Shown here: positions 1 through 12,190 of the stretch, one piece after another
Position numbering within the stretch: the first letter of the stretch is position 1
Layout of the letters: every line of letters begins with the position of its first letter
Assembly: GCA_002269645.1 (NCBI GenBank)
Contig: NIVC01000940.1
Coordinates: forward strand, 1-64,000
Reading direction: 5' to 3'
From: Macrostomum lignano
Lineage: Eukaryota
DNA length: 64,000 nucleotides
Made by a program: the position numbers and the translations under genes
Notes under the pieces: generated by a model
What the model was told of the DNA's origin: nothing
The model's input: the letters and a program-made list of their open reading frames with translations, nothing else
The model's database searches: none

Positions 1-714
1 TAAGAAGTATCACACCCACTTTAGGTCATTATTTATGTTTCAAAATTCACTGTCTATGCTTATTATCTTTTTAGGTTTTTATGTGTAACTATAAAGCAGT
101 ATTTTTACTATTAAGCATACAGTAGGCCTATACATGCATTTTTAAAACAGTTTTTATGCAATTCTAGGCTTATAAAAATTCAAGTAACTCAATTTATATA
201 CTTTATGCATTAGAGCTGCATTAGGATCCAGGATTTTTAAAGTAGGGGGGTGGTAGTCCTGGGTAGATTGGCCTAACTTTTTGGGTTGGCCTAAAATAAG
301 CTCTAGGGGAAATCCAAAAATCGGGGGCAAGTTTTATGAAAATTCGTTTTTTGGCAATTTGAAAGCAATAAAGCTATAAAATAAATTTATTCATGTTTTT
401 AAAAAGTAAAAAAGTCTATTAAAGCACAAATTATTTTCGTATAGCTTTATTTTTAATAAAATGATTTCTTAAAACGGTAAGTTTAATTACGACCTAAAAT
501 GAGTCTAATGAAAATGATTAAAAAGCTATAATAATGTATTTTATTAACTTTAACTATCTTATAATGTTACACTTTATAATTCTACAACATATTTAACATT
601 ATTTTAAGGTTTTATTTGTTTATCACTTTCGTTACTCTTGACAACGTGTATTTTGTAGAGTTCGTTTGCAATAAATTGTATTCAACGTAAGTTTATTATT
701 TAAACATACAAATT

Positions 715-1245
715 CCCGTAAGGATCGGAAAATTGCATTTTACTCAGCTTCTACTAAAGCGATTTGGAAAATTCTTTTTTTCCTGCATACACGCCGCGAT
801 GATACATGTTTTAGTGTAATTTCATTGTTCTTCGTCGCTTAATAAGCATACAGTAAGCATCTGATTTGGAAGCCGGGTAACACATTGGAATTCCCATAAG
901 GATTGGAAAATTGCATTTTACTCAGCTTCTACTGAAGCGATTTGGAAAATTCTTTTTTTCCTGCATACACGCCGCGATGATACATGTCTTAGTGTAATTT
1001 CATTGTTCTTCGTCGCTTAATAAGCATACAGTAAGCATCTGATTTGGAAGCCGGGTAACACATTGGAATTCCATAAGGATTGGAAAATTGCATTTTACTC
1101 AGCTTCTACTGAAGCGATTTGGAAAATTCTTTTTTTCCTGCATACACGCCGCGATGATACATGTTTTAGTGTAATTTCATTGTTCTTCGTCGCTTAATGA
1201 GCATACAGTAAGCATCTGATTTGGATGCCGGGTTCACATCTTGTG
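715..1245. repeat. Tandem triplication of a ~177-178 bp unit in an AT-rich block
   Basis: GGAAAATTGCATTTTACTCAGCTTCTAC starts at 727, 905 and 1082; the copies are nearly identical. Confidence 0.9.
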
Positions 1246-2099
1246 GTACCATTTTTTACCCAAAATTTTTAAGTCTAAATATAGGCATATTACAAATACT
1301 ATTACAAATAAGTTGATATTTAAATGAAAGAAAACAACTTAAAGATTATTTTGCAACAAGGAATTAGCGATATATTTACTTTTAGAAAAAGATGTTTGCT
1401 GGCAAACTTTGCACTTTATATTAGTATGAATTTTTGCGAGTTTATATGGTTTTAGAAAAACTTTGAAATCCTTAGAAATACTTCATCTTTTTGAATTGAA
1501 TAAAAAGTAAAACACAGATTACTTTCTGTTTTGTAATTAGTAAAAAAATTAGCCTTCTCTAAGGCCTACAAGTCTTAAAATTAATTGTTTAATAATGAAA
1601 AAAAGTGAAACAAAAAATTGCAAATCGGTCAACTCGGACTTTCAAAATGCTTTTTTGTGGTTTTTTCTTATTTATTCAACAATACAAAGCATGAAAACAA
1701 TAGTTTTTATCCAGAACTATTTTCTAAAGACATATCTATCTTTCAAAAACCTTTTTTAGATACATTACTTTCCATCGAATGTCCGCAGATTTGTTTTACC
1801 GTTTTATCCCACGTTTTTGGATTTCGCCTCTAAATAAGCCAAAAATTGCTATATCCCCCTAATAGATACAATAATCTATTAGCTAGTGATGGATGTGATG
1901 GCTACAGGTACAGACGTTCAGCCATGGAAAAAGAGGGGGACAGCTGCCCCCATTCCCTCTGGATCTGCCACTAGCAGCCCTGCCTGAGGTAGGGGCAGAG
2001 AAAAGAAAATTTTGGGGTGGTTGGGCAGTTTCTAGAACTTTGAATTCTTGCCTTCATTATCTTGGCACTCGTAAAGCTAGAAAGTTTCACTGAAAATGA

Positions 2100-2635
2100 G
2101 AATGTCTTGCTGCTGGCAATGGTGCTACTTGTTGAGCCAAGCTAGCTGCTGTCTAGGTGTAGCACGGCCCTTTTAGCTGCAGTCAGATTCAGATTAACTG
2201 TTCTCTGGCTGACTAGGCAATTTGCACTCCCACAGTGAACTGGTCAACCAGCTTAACCTTCTTCTGAACTAGGATGAAATGCAAAAATGCTCTATTGGCC
2301 AAAGCAATTATTTGGTTGCCATAATTGTCAACACTTATTCTTGCCTTGCTGGCTGGCAGCATTGGTATTGTTCATGATACTCCAGTATGTCAGCCATGTG
2401 TGTAAAGTGCTCGGACAACCTCTACTTGAATTTGCCAAATGTTAGATTGTTTAGCAGTTCCATTCTAATAATTGTAGTATACATTATGGCAATGTCCAAA
2501 TTTACGTGGAATTCTGCTTTCTTTTGTCTGTCATCTGCAATCCCATTGAGTTCACAATGCTCCTTAAGAGCTTGGATCCAGACATCAAAGTCCTGGTTTG
2601 GAGTATACTACTGAATCTTAACTGGTTTCGGTGCT
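2100..2635 (-). pseudogene. Decayed LTR-retrotransposon gag (capsid-like) remnant
   Basis: Manual minus-strand translation: PKPVKIQ*YTPNQDFDVWIQALKEHCELNGIADDRQK...TFGKFK*RLSEHF...QE*V / VDNYGNQIIALANRAF...LVDQFTVG...AREQL. This is the pattern of Ty3/Gypsy-type gag, with several stops and a frameshift. Family assigned from remembered motifs, no search run. Confidence 0.55.
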
Positions 2636-3723
2636 AGAGCTGGTCCCAGGTCAATTCGGTGACAAGACATTATGGTGACAACAACTTCGGTGACAACTTG
2701 GCACATTTCGGTGACACCAGTGGTCAATTCAGTGACAAGCTTTTTAGACTTGATTTGCCTATTTTTTGTTGTTAAATATTAAAATATATAGCTATTAATA
2801 TAAACTCTTATTAAAGTAATAAAGGTTTATATGCTATCTGCAATTATCATTTTGTTTGAGTGCATTTCGAGGCATAACATTTATAGTGTGCACTTAATTT
2901 TATCCATATTTACATTTTTCAACCCAAGTCAACGACAATTGATTATTAGATTTTTTGTACTACATCTACATGTACATGTATTATAGATGTAAATGTACAT
3001 CTTAAAAGCCATTGAACAAGTTTAGAAAACAACTGTATACCTATAGCATAGCTTATGACTATACATATGTTATGTGCTAATTTAAGGACTATTAAGACAA
3101 AGGGCGCCAATAGGGGCGGACCCGCGGATAGAGCTTGATAGAACTTATTGAGCCCCAAAAACCTAAGTTTGCACCCTTTAAACTAGATTTTTTGCCTCCT
3201 ACGCATTTTGGCACCCTTCATACTCATGTTGGCACCCAAAACTTGGATTGATGCCCCTCCCCTTCGGCCCCCAAATGAAATTCTAGATCCGCTACTATAT
3301 GTGCACCTCAGAGTATAGATTATAGGTGAGTTGGCTTGAAATTTATCTTGTAATTAATTTTGGCGCTTATTGACAACTGTCCTGTGCGTGTACTGCAAAC
3401 TTATAGTCGTGGCTCGTGACCATGGCAACATAAACACATGTGTATAAGTGTAAAGTCAAACAAAACTTGGTCTTCTACATTTAGTAAATGAAGAGATTTA
3501 CTGGTAGTATATTTAGATAACACTTATTTGTTCATTCAGCAACACAGCATGCGTCCTATATCCATACTTGTACAGAAGCAATTGAAAGCAAGATCCATAT
3601 AGCTTCCGGTCTGCACACTATATATTTACTCTTTAACACTCAAGAATATCAACTTAATATCTTCCCTGCATCTAAAAAGCAACTAGCTAGCTAAAGCATA
3701 CCAGCTCCTTAACTAATTGTCTG

Positions 3724-3835
3724 ATGGAAGTCAAAGAAGATGTCTGTCCAGCGTGTGTCAGAGCAGTAACTGACAAGGAGCCTGCATTAAATTGTGATAA
3801 GTGCAAACATTGGTTCCATCAACTGTGTTTGAGTG
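3724..3835 (+). CDS. Orphan exon encoding the N-terminal part of a PHD finger (probably transposon-derived)
   Basis: ATG at 3724 reads MEVKEDVCPACVRAVTDKEPALNCDKCKHWFHQLCLS (C-x2-C...C-x2-C-x4-H-x2-C), then a GTAAG donor at 3836. Too short for the ORF track. Confidence 0.55.
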
Positions 3836-4594
3836 GTAAGTTTATGCCCTATATTCTGCATTCCATCAACTTAGTGTGTATTCACTCTTAAAATGGAAGA
3901 GAAAGAGGGTAGAGGGGGGAGAAGGTAGCGGAGAGAGTGAAGAGGAAAAGAGGGTAGGGAAGAGAAGGTTGGGAGATAGGGTAGAGAGGAGTCTCAGTTT
4001 AAGTTAGCAATACAGTTACGCAATTTTATTCAAGTCTTGTGCGCATTTCTTTGACACTGTTTTCAACTTGTTGTGATGCAATCTTTATCAGAATCAAATT
4101 TCAGTCAGTCAGTGTTTTTTCTAGCATTCTTCCAATGCATTTCAAGTCAAAAAATTAACTTGACCTTTGCAAAAAAGCATGTTTTTTGAATATTTAATCT
4201 CTTTAACATTGAGCAATTTCTTAGCCAAGGTGTATGTACCGTCCCAGGAAAATTTCTGATTGAATGGTGCAAGTTTGAAAAAAATCGGTTGAGCCATTTT
4301 TTTCTGAAATCTATCGCATACCCACAGACAACTCATTTTTAGTATATTGGATGGAATGGAGGACTTGAAAGATTGCCAAGAGCACTGTTTGAATTGGTGG
4401 ATATCAGTTTCCCAATTAGGTTTTTGGCAAAAAGGTATTTGGTGAATTGACTTTCAGTAAAAAAGTTTTTTTTGTGAATTATCTAGTATTGATTTCTAGC
4501 ATAAAAATTTTATAAATAGGTCATATTAAAATTCAGAGCCAATGTAGGCCTAATAAATAAATTTTCAATTCTTAAACAACCCAACTTGTATATT

Positions 4595-4893
4595 CATACA
4601 TGCGCAACCTCCAAAATTCGGTCGGCCATGCGACTTAGTTTTAACAAAAATGCGACGTAGTTTTTGGCCAAAAATGCAACTTATATGTAATAAAAACCAT
4701 AAAGCAAAATTAACGCAACATTGAGTAAACGGCAGGAGTAACTATGCCTGTCCTTTTAGGTCAAAATGCCTCGTCAGCTACTTAGTAATACTACTTTTGT
4801 ATTTTTTCAGGTGGGCATTTTTGCGACTTCCTTGATTGGCTGCCAAATCGGTTGGCCGGATCGGCTGACTTGGCCAACTGTTGCGCATGTATG
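4595..4893. mobile_element. 299-bp non-autonomous hAT-type MITE
   Basis: Perfect 14-bp TIRs CATACATGCGCAAC (4595-4608) and GTTGCGCATGTATG (4880-4893); 8-bp TSD TGTATATT at 4587-4594 and 4894-4901. Confidence 0.85.
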
Positions 4894-5393
4894 TGTATAT
4901 TGCCAAAGTGAGTAGGCCTAAGTGGTATAAATAGCAGAAAACAACAAAAAAATTCATATGCTTATAATATAGTTTCTGTCCTAATTAAGGTATTGAGTTG
5001 AGACTTAAAGGGGGAAGGTTATTTAGTGTTGTGAATTGAACTCCGGCTGAAGTATTTAACCCATGAGCTTAAGATTCTTTATATTTCTTATTTGAAAGAG
5101 ATCACAAGGGTGAGCTCTAGAAACTTTGGGCTGGGTTAATTACCATAGAAGAAACTGTAGCGATAGAATGCTTAGAGGCGATTAGTGCAAACAAATGGCA
5201 TTGAATAACGAACTTGAACTTATATAAACTATAGTGCATCTCAGTGTGTGATACACCACATTTAGATAGAAAATAAATCAATGAAAAATTGTGTCAAGTT
5301 TTATGTCAATTGCTTTATATGGAGCAAACAAGTGCACAGCACCATTTAGTATGAATGTTGAGACTCAACATTTTACATAATTGTGTCAAAATA

Positions 5394-5973
5394 CAAGGGG
5401 TGTCCCAAAAGTTGGTGCACTTTCTTTACTAAAGCCTTTTCTGACTGATCAGAAATATTAAGTCTGTTGCAGTTGAAAAGAGAATTATCTGCCCATTAAA
5501 ATGACTTTCTGTTTATTTCTGTATCTGCTGGCATTCTTGAGATATGAGCACTTTTCTGCCCCACCCCCTGTGCTACTTTTACAAATTGCCATAGACCAAA
5601 GCTTTGTACCTGATGCACCAAACAACAAAACATTCAACAAATCAACAAAACATCTGCAACATGAAAGCTGAGGAAAGAACAGTTAAAAGTTAATCAACAT
5701 TGTCCTGAGGCTTCTCCACATAGTCACCACTGGGTGCGCTGCACACTTCTGTCCGCAGGTACAAAGCTTTGGTCTATGGCAATTCGTAAAGTAGCACAGG
5801 GGGTGGGGCAGAAAAGTGCTCATATCTCAAGAATGCCAGCAGATACAGAAGTAAACAGAAAGTCATTTTAATGGGCAGATAATTCTCTTTTCAACTGCAA
5901 CAGACTTAATATTTCTGATCGTTCAGAAAAGGCTGTAGTGAAAAAAGTGCACCGACTGTTGGGACACCCCTTG
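5394..5973. mobile_element. 580-bp Tc1/mariner-type MITE with ~218-bp TIRs
   Basis: 5394-5612 is the near-perfect reverse complement of 5756-5973. Ends are CAAGGGGTGTCCC...GGGACACCCCTTG, flanked by TA on both sides. Confidence 0.92.
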
Positions 5974-7383
5974 TAGTTAAAGATTGTCTTTCAAATTTGA
6001 AGAAGATTGATAAAACTAGAGCAGCATTATGGAAGATTGAGTGAAAAGGAAGATTGATTTTCTATGGCTAAGGCTACCTTCTTACTATAGGGTAAGCCTA
6101 TAGGTCTAGGCAACTAACAAAAGGCAAAATATATACTACTATGCTATACTATACTTTATCTATTTAATTATAGAAGTAACAAATAAAATAAATTATTATA
6201 TAAGGAAATTAAACTATTATTTATGAGACTTTTGTTTGTCAGAAATATTTTTTTGCAATATCATAATCCTTTGCATTTGTATCTATAAGCCCATCTTTTA
6301 ATTCGTAAATAGTCTATAATGGACCATTTATATAATAAAATGCTTAATATGTAGTTTGTTATATAGTCTTATTAGTTTTATATGGTGTTTGGATTAGGAT
6401 ATATATTTTTTATTCTTAGACTAGTTATAATTTATCAAATGTGCAAGAGTTTAGCTAACACAACTAGCAATCTACGCCCCCTATTAGGGAGCCAAAGAAA
6501 TGCAATAATTGAATTTTAAACAACCAAAAATTGCTGTTCCAAAATTGTGTTAGAAAACAAATTCATATCCCAAGCCTCACTATGCTATAGTTTATCATTA
6601 AGTAACTAGCTTGCCAATATGAAAATTGAAGCTTAAGCTAAGCTGCAAGGCCATGTAGAGAAAGTATGTGTTAACTAGCATGCCCTATTGGAATAAATTC
6701 TAAAATTGCACAGATGCATATCAAGGGTCCAGCAAAAATATGCCTAGGGGTCACTCTCCAAGGTACATGGGCTATGTCTAGGGGTTATTAAGTATGCACT
6801 GGGGGCCTGGGAGGTGTTGCAACAACAAAAATCTTTTTGGCACTCTGCATTGCTCTAGCAGTGGTAGCATTCCAATAAAATAGCACTGCTATGCAAAGCA
6901 TACAAAATAACTTTGTTAACTTTTGACATTTTGACATGGATTCTAAGCACTGTGCCAAGTGTGACTCCACCTTATGAGCTTAAGTTTATATAATAGTCGC
7001 TAATTGTCCCCTTACTTGTTCTCTCCTATCCCAGGTCCAATTTTTGTAAATCTTTTTGTCAAATCCAGCTCCTGGTGTTACTGTGAGCAGAATGATGTAT
7101 CATTTGTGTACATAGGTTACTCAGGCTCCACTTTATGAGCTTAAGTTGACAGGCCCTTTTGTTTACATCATCAAATTACAATTCTATAGTCTCAGGATAA
7201 GCATAGCTACGTGTAGATATTCATTTTTTCATAAAGGTCTATTTTATTATTCATACATATAATAATACCTTGGTGTATGTGGTACCTTACCTCTGCGACT
7301 AATTAATTGCCTTCTATTTGCGAAATTATTGCCTGCATTTCCAGCTTTTCATTGCCCGATTCCGAGACCCCTGAGCTCCGGCG

Positions 7384-10183
7384 ATGTCGTCTCCCCCACC
7401 TGCCAAGCGAGTCCGCTTTGCCGAGGCCGCCGTTGTTGCCGAGGAGCCGCCGCCCAGGCGGCCGGCTGGCAGCCGCCACACGCTGGACAGCGACGAGGAG
7501 GACGGCGACGAGTCGGCGGCTGGCAAAGGCGAGGAGCCCGACCGCCTGCGGGAAGAGGACATTGAGGGCCAGGAGGAGGCCACCATCACTAATGATGACG
7601 GCATTGCCATCACGCCGTTCAACATGCGGGAGGAAATGCGCGAGGGCTACTTCGACTCGGCTGGCTGCTACATCTTCAACAAGGAGGTGCGCTGGGAGGC
7701 TGAAGGGCCATCCGGTTCTACGGGGGCTGCTGTAGGACCATTGAGTTCTCTAGGGATCGCTGTAGGACCAATGGGTTTTCTAGGGGCCGCTGTAGGACCA
7801 TTGAGTTCTCTAGGGGCCGCTGTAGGACCATTTTGTTCTCTAGGGGCCGCTGTAGGACCATTGAGTTCTCTAGGGGTCGCTGTAGGACCATTGAGTTCTC
7901 TAGGGGTCGCTGTAGGACCATTGAGTTCTCTAGGGGCCGCTGTAGGACCAATGGGTTCTCTAGGGGCCGGTGTAGGACCATTGAGTTCTCTAGGTGCCGC
8001 TGTAGGACCAATGGGTTCTCTAGGGGCCGCTGTAGGACCATTGATTTCTCTAGGGGTCGCTGTAGGACCAATTAGTTCTCTTGGGGCCGCTGTATTACCA
8101 TTGTGTTCTGCAGGAACTAGGGCTAAGTAAGTAACTGCGGTCATGCATCTGACTGCGCATTGGTTCCCTGATGTGGTTCCCTAAAGTTCGATTCCTTGCA
8201 CGGTCAGATGGATTCGGACTCTGCGTACTTCGTAGAAAGTCAGCCGCTGTACACCTTGTGTGAGCGTGTGCGTGTTCAGGGGTCAGCTGCTTGTCTCCTC
8301 ACTAATCCGGGCTAATTCAGAGCGACCGCTGAATTACACTCAGCACTGAATCATGCAGGATGCAGCGGCCCATTAAATGAAGCCATTATATATCCCCATT
8401 CTCTCTCCCTCAGGACAAGGAGATCCACGACAGCTGGCTCGAGTCCGTGGACTGGGAGTCCGTCAAGCGCAAGGCCGCGCCGACAGCCGCGTCCTCCTCC
8501 GCCGCTAAGAAGGACGCCAGCAGCGACAAGGACAACGAAGACAGCGACCCGGACGGCGGCGGCGACTCGGACAGCGGCTCGGACGAGCTCGGACTCTCGC
8601 AGCTATCCGACCTGTGCGCGGCCGTCCGCGGCTTCCTCCAGCCCGGCGAGACCGTGGCCGGCGCCATCAAGCGGCTCGGCGGCGGCGCCAATCGGGCGCT
8701 GAGCGCCTCGCAGCGCCTGCGCTTGAAGAAGGCGGGCGGCGCCGCCGGAACATCTAAGGAGGAGGCGGCCGCCGCCGCGGCCAATCGCGAGCGGATGCTA
8801 ACGCTGTCCGATCTGGCCGGCCGGCTCGTGTCCGCGGGTCACATGACCGCCTACCAGATGGACGCCGGGCAGCTTGCCAGGCTGGGCGGGGTCGGCGACG
8901 CCGAGGCGGCCGCGGCTACGACAGGTAAAATAAGCCTAACTCTGGCACCCCTGGGGATCAGGCACAGCTAACTCTGGCACCCCTGGGGATCAGGCACAGC
9001 TAACTCTGGCACCCCTGGGGATCAGGGACAGGCACAGCTGACACCGGCACCCTGGGGATCAGGGACAGGCACAGCTGACACCGGCACCCATTTAGATCAG
9101 GCACAGATGACTCTGGCACCCCTGGGAATCAGGCACAGCTGACACCGGCACCCCTGGGGATCAGGGACAGGCACAGCTGACACCGGCACCCTGGGGATCA
9201 GGGACAGGCACAGCTGACACCGGCACCCATTTAGATCAGGCACAGCTGACACCGGCACCCCTGGGGATCAGGGACAGGCACAGATGACACCGGCACCCAT
9301 TTAGATCAGACACAGCTGACTCTGGCACCCCTGTAGATCAGGCACAGCTGACTCTGGCACCCCTGTAGATCAGGCACAGCTGACTCTGGCACCCCTGTAG
9401 ATCAGGCACAGCTGACTCTGGCACCCATGTAGATCAGGCACAGCTGACACCGGCACCCCTGGGGATCAGGCACAGCTGACACCGGCACCCATTTAGATCA
9501 GACACAGCTGACTCTGGCACCCATGTAGATCAGGCACAGCTGACACCGGCACCCCTGTAGATCAGGCACAGCTGACACCGGCACCCCTGGGGATCAGGCA
9601 CAGCTGACACTGGCGCCCCTGGGGATCAGGCACAGATGACACCGGCACCCATTTAGATCAGACACAGCTGACACCGGCACCCCTGTAGATCAGGCACAGC
9701 TGACTCTGGCACCCCTGGGGATCAGGCACAGCTGACACCGGCACCCCTGGGGGATCAGGCACAGCTGACTCTGGCACCCATGTAGATCAGGCACAGCTGA
9801 CACTGGCACCCATGTAGATCAGACACAGCTGACACCGGAACCCCTGACCTCTATCGCAATCCGCAGGCGGCGTCGACATGTTTGCGGAGGACGAGCCAAC
9901 TGGCGGACCCGCCGATACCAATAACAAAGACGACCAGACAAAGACCGAGAACAAAGACTCCGAGATGGCCGAGGAGGGCGGGGTGTTCTGGTACTATCGA
10001 GTTTCTGACGATCCGAATGCCGAACTGATGGGGCCGTTCAGCTCGCAGCGGATGCTGGAGTGGGCGGAGTCGGACACGGGCTGGCCGGGCGGCCACCGGA
10101 CAGTCTTTGTTCGGAAACGGGACGCCGCTCCGGACGCGCCGTTTTACTCGTCCGCCAGGATTGACTTTGACCTTTATGTGTAA
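7384..10183 (+). CDS. CD2BP2: CD2 antigen cytoplasmic tail-binding protein 2 (U5 snRNP 52K / Lin1), 3 exons: 7384-7686, 8414-8924, 9867-10183 (376 aa)
   Basis: Motifs HTLDSDEED, ITPFNMREEMREGYFDSAGCYIF, DKEIHDSWLESVDW, LQPGETVAGAIKRLGG, a C-terminal GYF-type domain (GPFSSQRMLEW) and terminal RIDFDLYV. GT-AG junctions are phase-consistent (0, 1). Confidence 0.93.
7722..8105. repeat. 30-bp minisatellite in CD2BP2 intron 1
   Basis: About 12-13 copies of GGGGCCGCTGTAGGACCATTGAGTTCTCTA. Confidence 0.95.
8937..9847. repeat. ~32-38 bp minisatellite filling CD2BP2 intron 2
   Basis: Variants of GATCAGGCACAGCTGACACCGGCACCCCTGGG run from ~12 nt after the donor to ~20 nt before the acceptor. Confidence 0.95.
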
Positions 10184-10627
10184 CTATGTTTGTTGGGCTT
10201 GCGGGTAAACGGGGGGAGTAACTAGCCAGTTTTTACATCGCTAAATGCCTCGTCGCCTTAATAATAGAGTGCTTGGAAGGGGAAATTGCATGTTATTGTT
10301 TTTATTATCAACAAAATGTAACAATGTTTGCCCGGTGAACATGTAAATTGCTATTTAGTGTGTTCCAGCCTCAAACTCAAAGGCTTGAAGTGGGTGGGAA
10401 TCTGGGCTGGCATAGCTAAACTTTTGTACAGTGCTCATCATTCAGTCAGCGCTATTCATATTTGCAACATTTTTTTCTGCTCATCCAGCTCACCTGAAAT
10501 ACAAACATGACCATAATTGTGTGCTATTGAAATGGGATTTTCGGTAGTAACAAAATTTTTGTCCTTGAACTCCCCGCAAATGCTACTTTTAGTAGTGTGG
10601 AATGATGCCAGATCAAACTGTTAGCCT

Positions 10628-11583
10628 CCGACTGCAGCAATCGGGTCAGTCCCCTGTAACCTTGCCGGCTCCAACTGCAGCAATCGGGTCAGTCCCCTGT
10701 AACCTTGCCGGCTCCAACTGCAGCAATCGGGTCAGTCCCCTGTAGCCTTGCCGGCTCCAACTGCAGCAATCGGGTCAGTCCCCTGTAACCTTGCCGGCTC
10801 CAACTGCAGCAATCGGGTCAGTCCCCTGTAACCTTGCCGGCTCCAACTGCAGCAATCGGGTCAGTCCCCTGTAACCTTGCCGGCTCCAACTGCAGCAATC
10901 GGTCAGTCCCCTGTAACCTTGCCGGCTCCAACTGCAGCAATCGGGTCAGTCCCCTGTAACCTTGCCGGCTCCAACTGCAGCAATCGGGTCAGTCCCCTGT
11001 AACCTTGCCGGCTCCAACTGCAGCAATCGGGTCAGTCCCCTGTAACCTTGCCGGCTCCAACTGCAGCAATCGGGTCAGTCCCCTGTAGCCTTGCCGGCTC
11101 CAACTGCAGCAATCGGGTCAGTCCCCTGTAACCTTGCCGGCTCCAACTGCAGCAATCGGGTCAGTCCCCTGTAACCTTGCCGGCTCCAACTGCAGCAATC
11201 GGGTCAGTCCCCTGTAGCCTTGCCGGCTCCAACTGCAGCAATCGGGTCAGTCCCCTGTAACCTTGCCGGCTCCAACTGCAGCAATCGGGTCAGTCCCCTG
11301 TAACCTTGCCGGCTCCAACTGCAGCAATCGGGTCAGTCCCCTGTAACCTTGCCGGCTCCAACTGCAGCAATCGGGTCAGTCCCCTGTAGCCTTGCCGGCT
11401 CCAACTGCAGCAATCGGGTCAGTCCCCTGTAGCCTTGCCGGCTCCAACTGCAGCAATCGGGTCAGTCCCCTGTAACCTTGCCGGCTCCAACTGCAGCAAT
11501 CGGGTCAGTCCCCTGTAGCCTTGCCGGCTCCAACTGCAGCAATCGGGTCAGTCCCCTGTAACCTTGCCGCCTCCAACTGCAGC
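10628..11583. repeat. 43-bp minisatellite upstream of ERH
   Basis: About 22 copies of CAATCGGGTCAGTCCCCTGTAACCTTGCCGGCTCCAACTGCAG. Confidence 0.95.
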
Positions 11584-11611
11584 CGATCCCCCGTTGCCGC
11601 CCGCAGCCGCC

Positions 11612-11923
11612 ATGTCGCACTCCATCCTGCTCATCCAGCCCGACCTTCGCTATCTGGACGGTCGCATCTGGGCCGACTACGACAGCATCGAAGCCTGTCT
11701 GGACGGCGTTTGCCGCGTCTTTGAGGAGCACCTGAAGACGAGCAACCCGCAGGCGCCCACCATCACGTATGACATTGCCCAGCTGTTTGATTTCATTGAA
11801 AGCCTGGGCGACCTCAGCTGCCTTGTGCTCAACCGGCCCAGCGGAACCTACGTGCCCCACAACAAAGACTGGATCAAGGAGCGCCTGTACGTGCTGCTGC
11901 GCAAGCAGTCTGATGGCATGTGA
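11612..11923 (+). CDS. ERH: Enhancer of rudimentary homolog, single coding exon (103 aa)
   Basis: MSHSILLIQP...RIWADYDSIEACLDGVCRVFEEHLK...ITYDIAQLFDFIESLGDLSCLV...YVPHNKDWIKERLYVLLRKQ matches ERH along its full length. GCCATG start context. Confidence 0.95.
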   Translation: MSHSILLIQPDLRYLDGRIWADYDSIEACLDGVCRVFEEHLKTSNPQAPTITYDIAQLFDFIESLGDLSCLVLNRPSGTYVPHNKDWIKERLYVLLRKQSDGM

Positions 11924-12048
11924 GCTGTCTGCTAGCTCACTCTGAGCAGAGAGTCTCAGAAGTTTCATCATAGGGACTGAACATTGACTGGTTTAAGTTA
12001 ACCGTGTGCACTTCATTAGGTTGTTTACTATAGCATATCTTGCCTCAT

Positions 12049-12190
12049 CTAAGCCTGGCTTTTCACCATAGACTACTACCGTCTCTCCGAATCCAGCAGG
12101 GAGTTCTAAAATTAGCATCTGAGCCTGGCTTTTCACCATAGACTACTACCGTCTCTCCGAATTTAGCAGGGAGTTCTATAATTAGCATCC
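12049..12190. repeat. 70-bp tandem duplication downstream of ERH
   Basis: AGCCTGGCTTTTCACCATAGACTACTACCGTCTCTCCGAAT... occurs twice, 70 bp apart. Confidence 0.85.

Noticed and set aside
1905-3297. Degenerate hAT-like ends (CTGGATCTGCCACTA at ~1960; TAGGGGCGGA...GATCCGCTACTA at 3111-3297)
   Set aside because: Matching TIR pairs with a convincing 8-bp TSD could not be established.
7384-8130. 248-aa ORF ending in hydrophobic AAVGPLSSLG repeats
   Set aside because: It is read-through of CD2BP2 exon 1 into the 30-bp intronic minisatellite. Homology resumes in frame at 8414 after a canonical intron.
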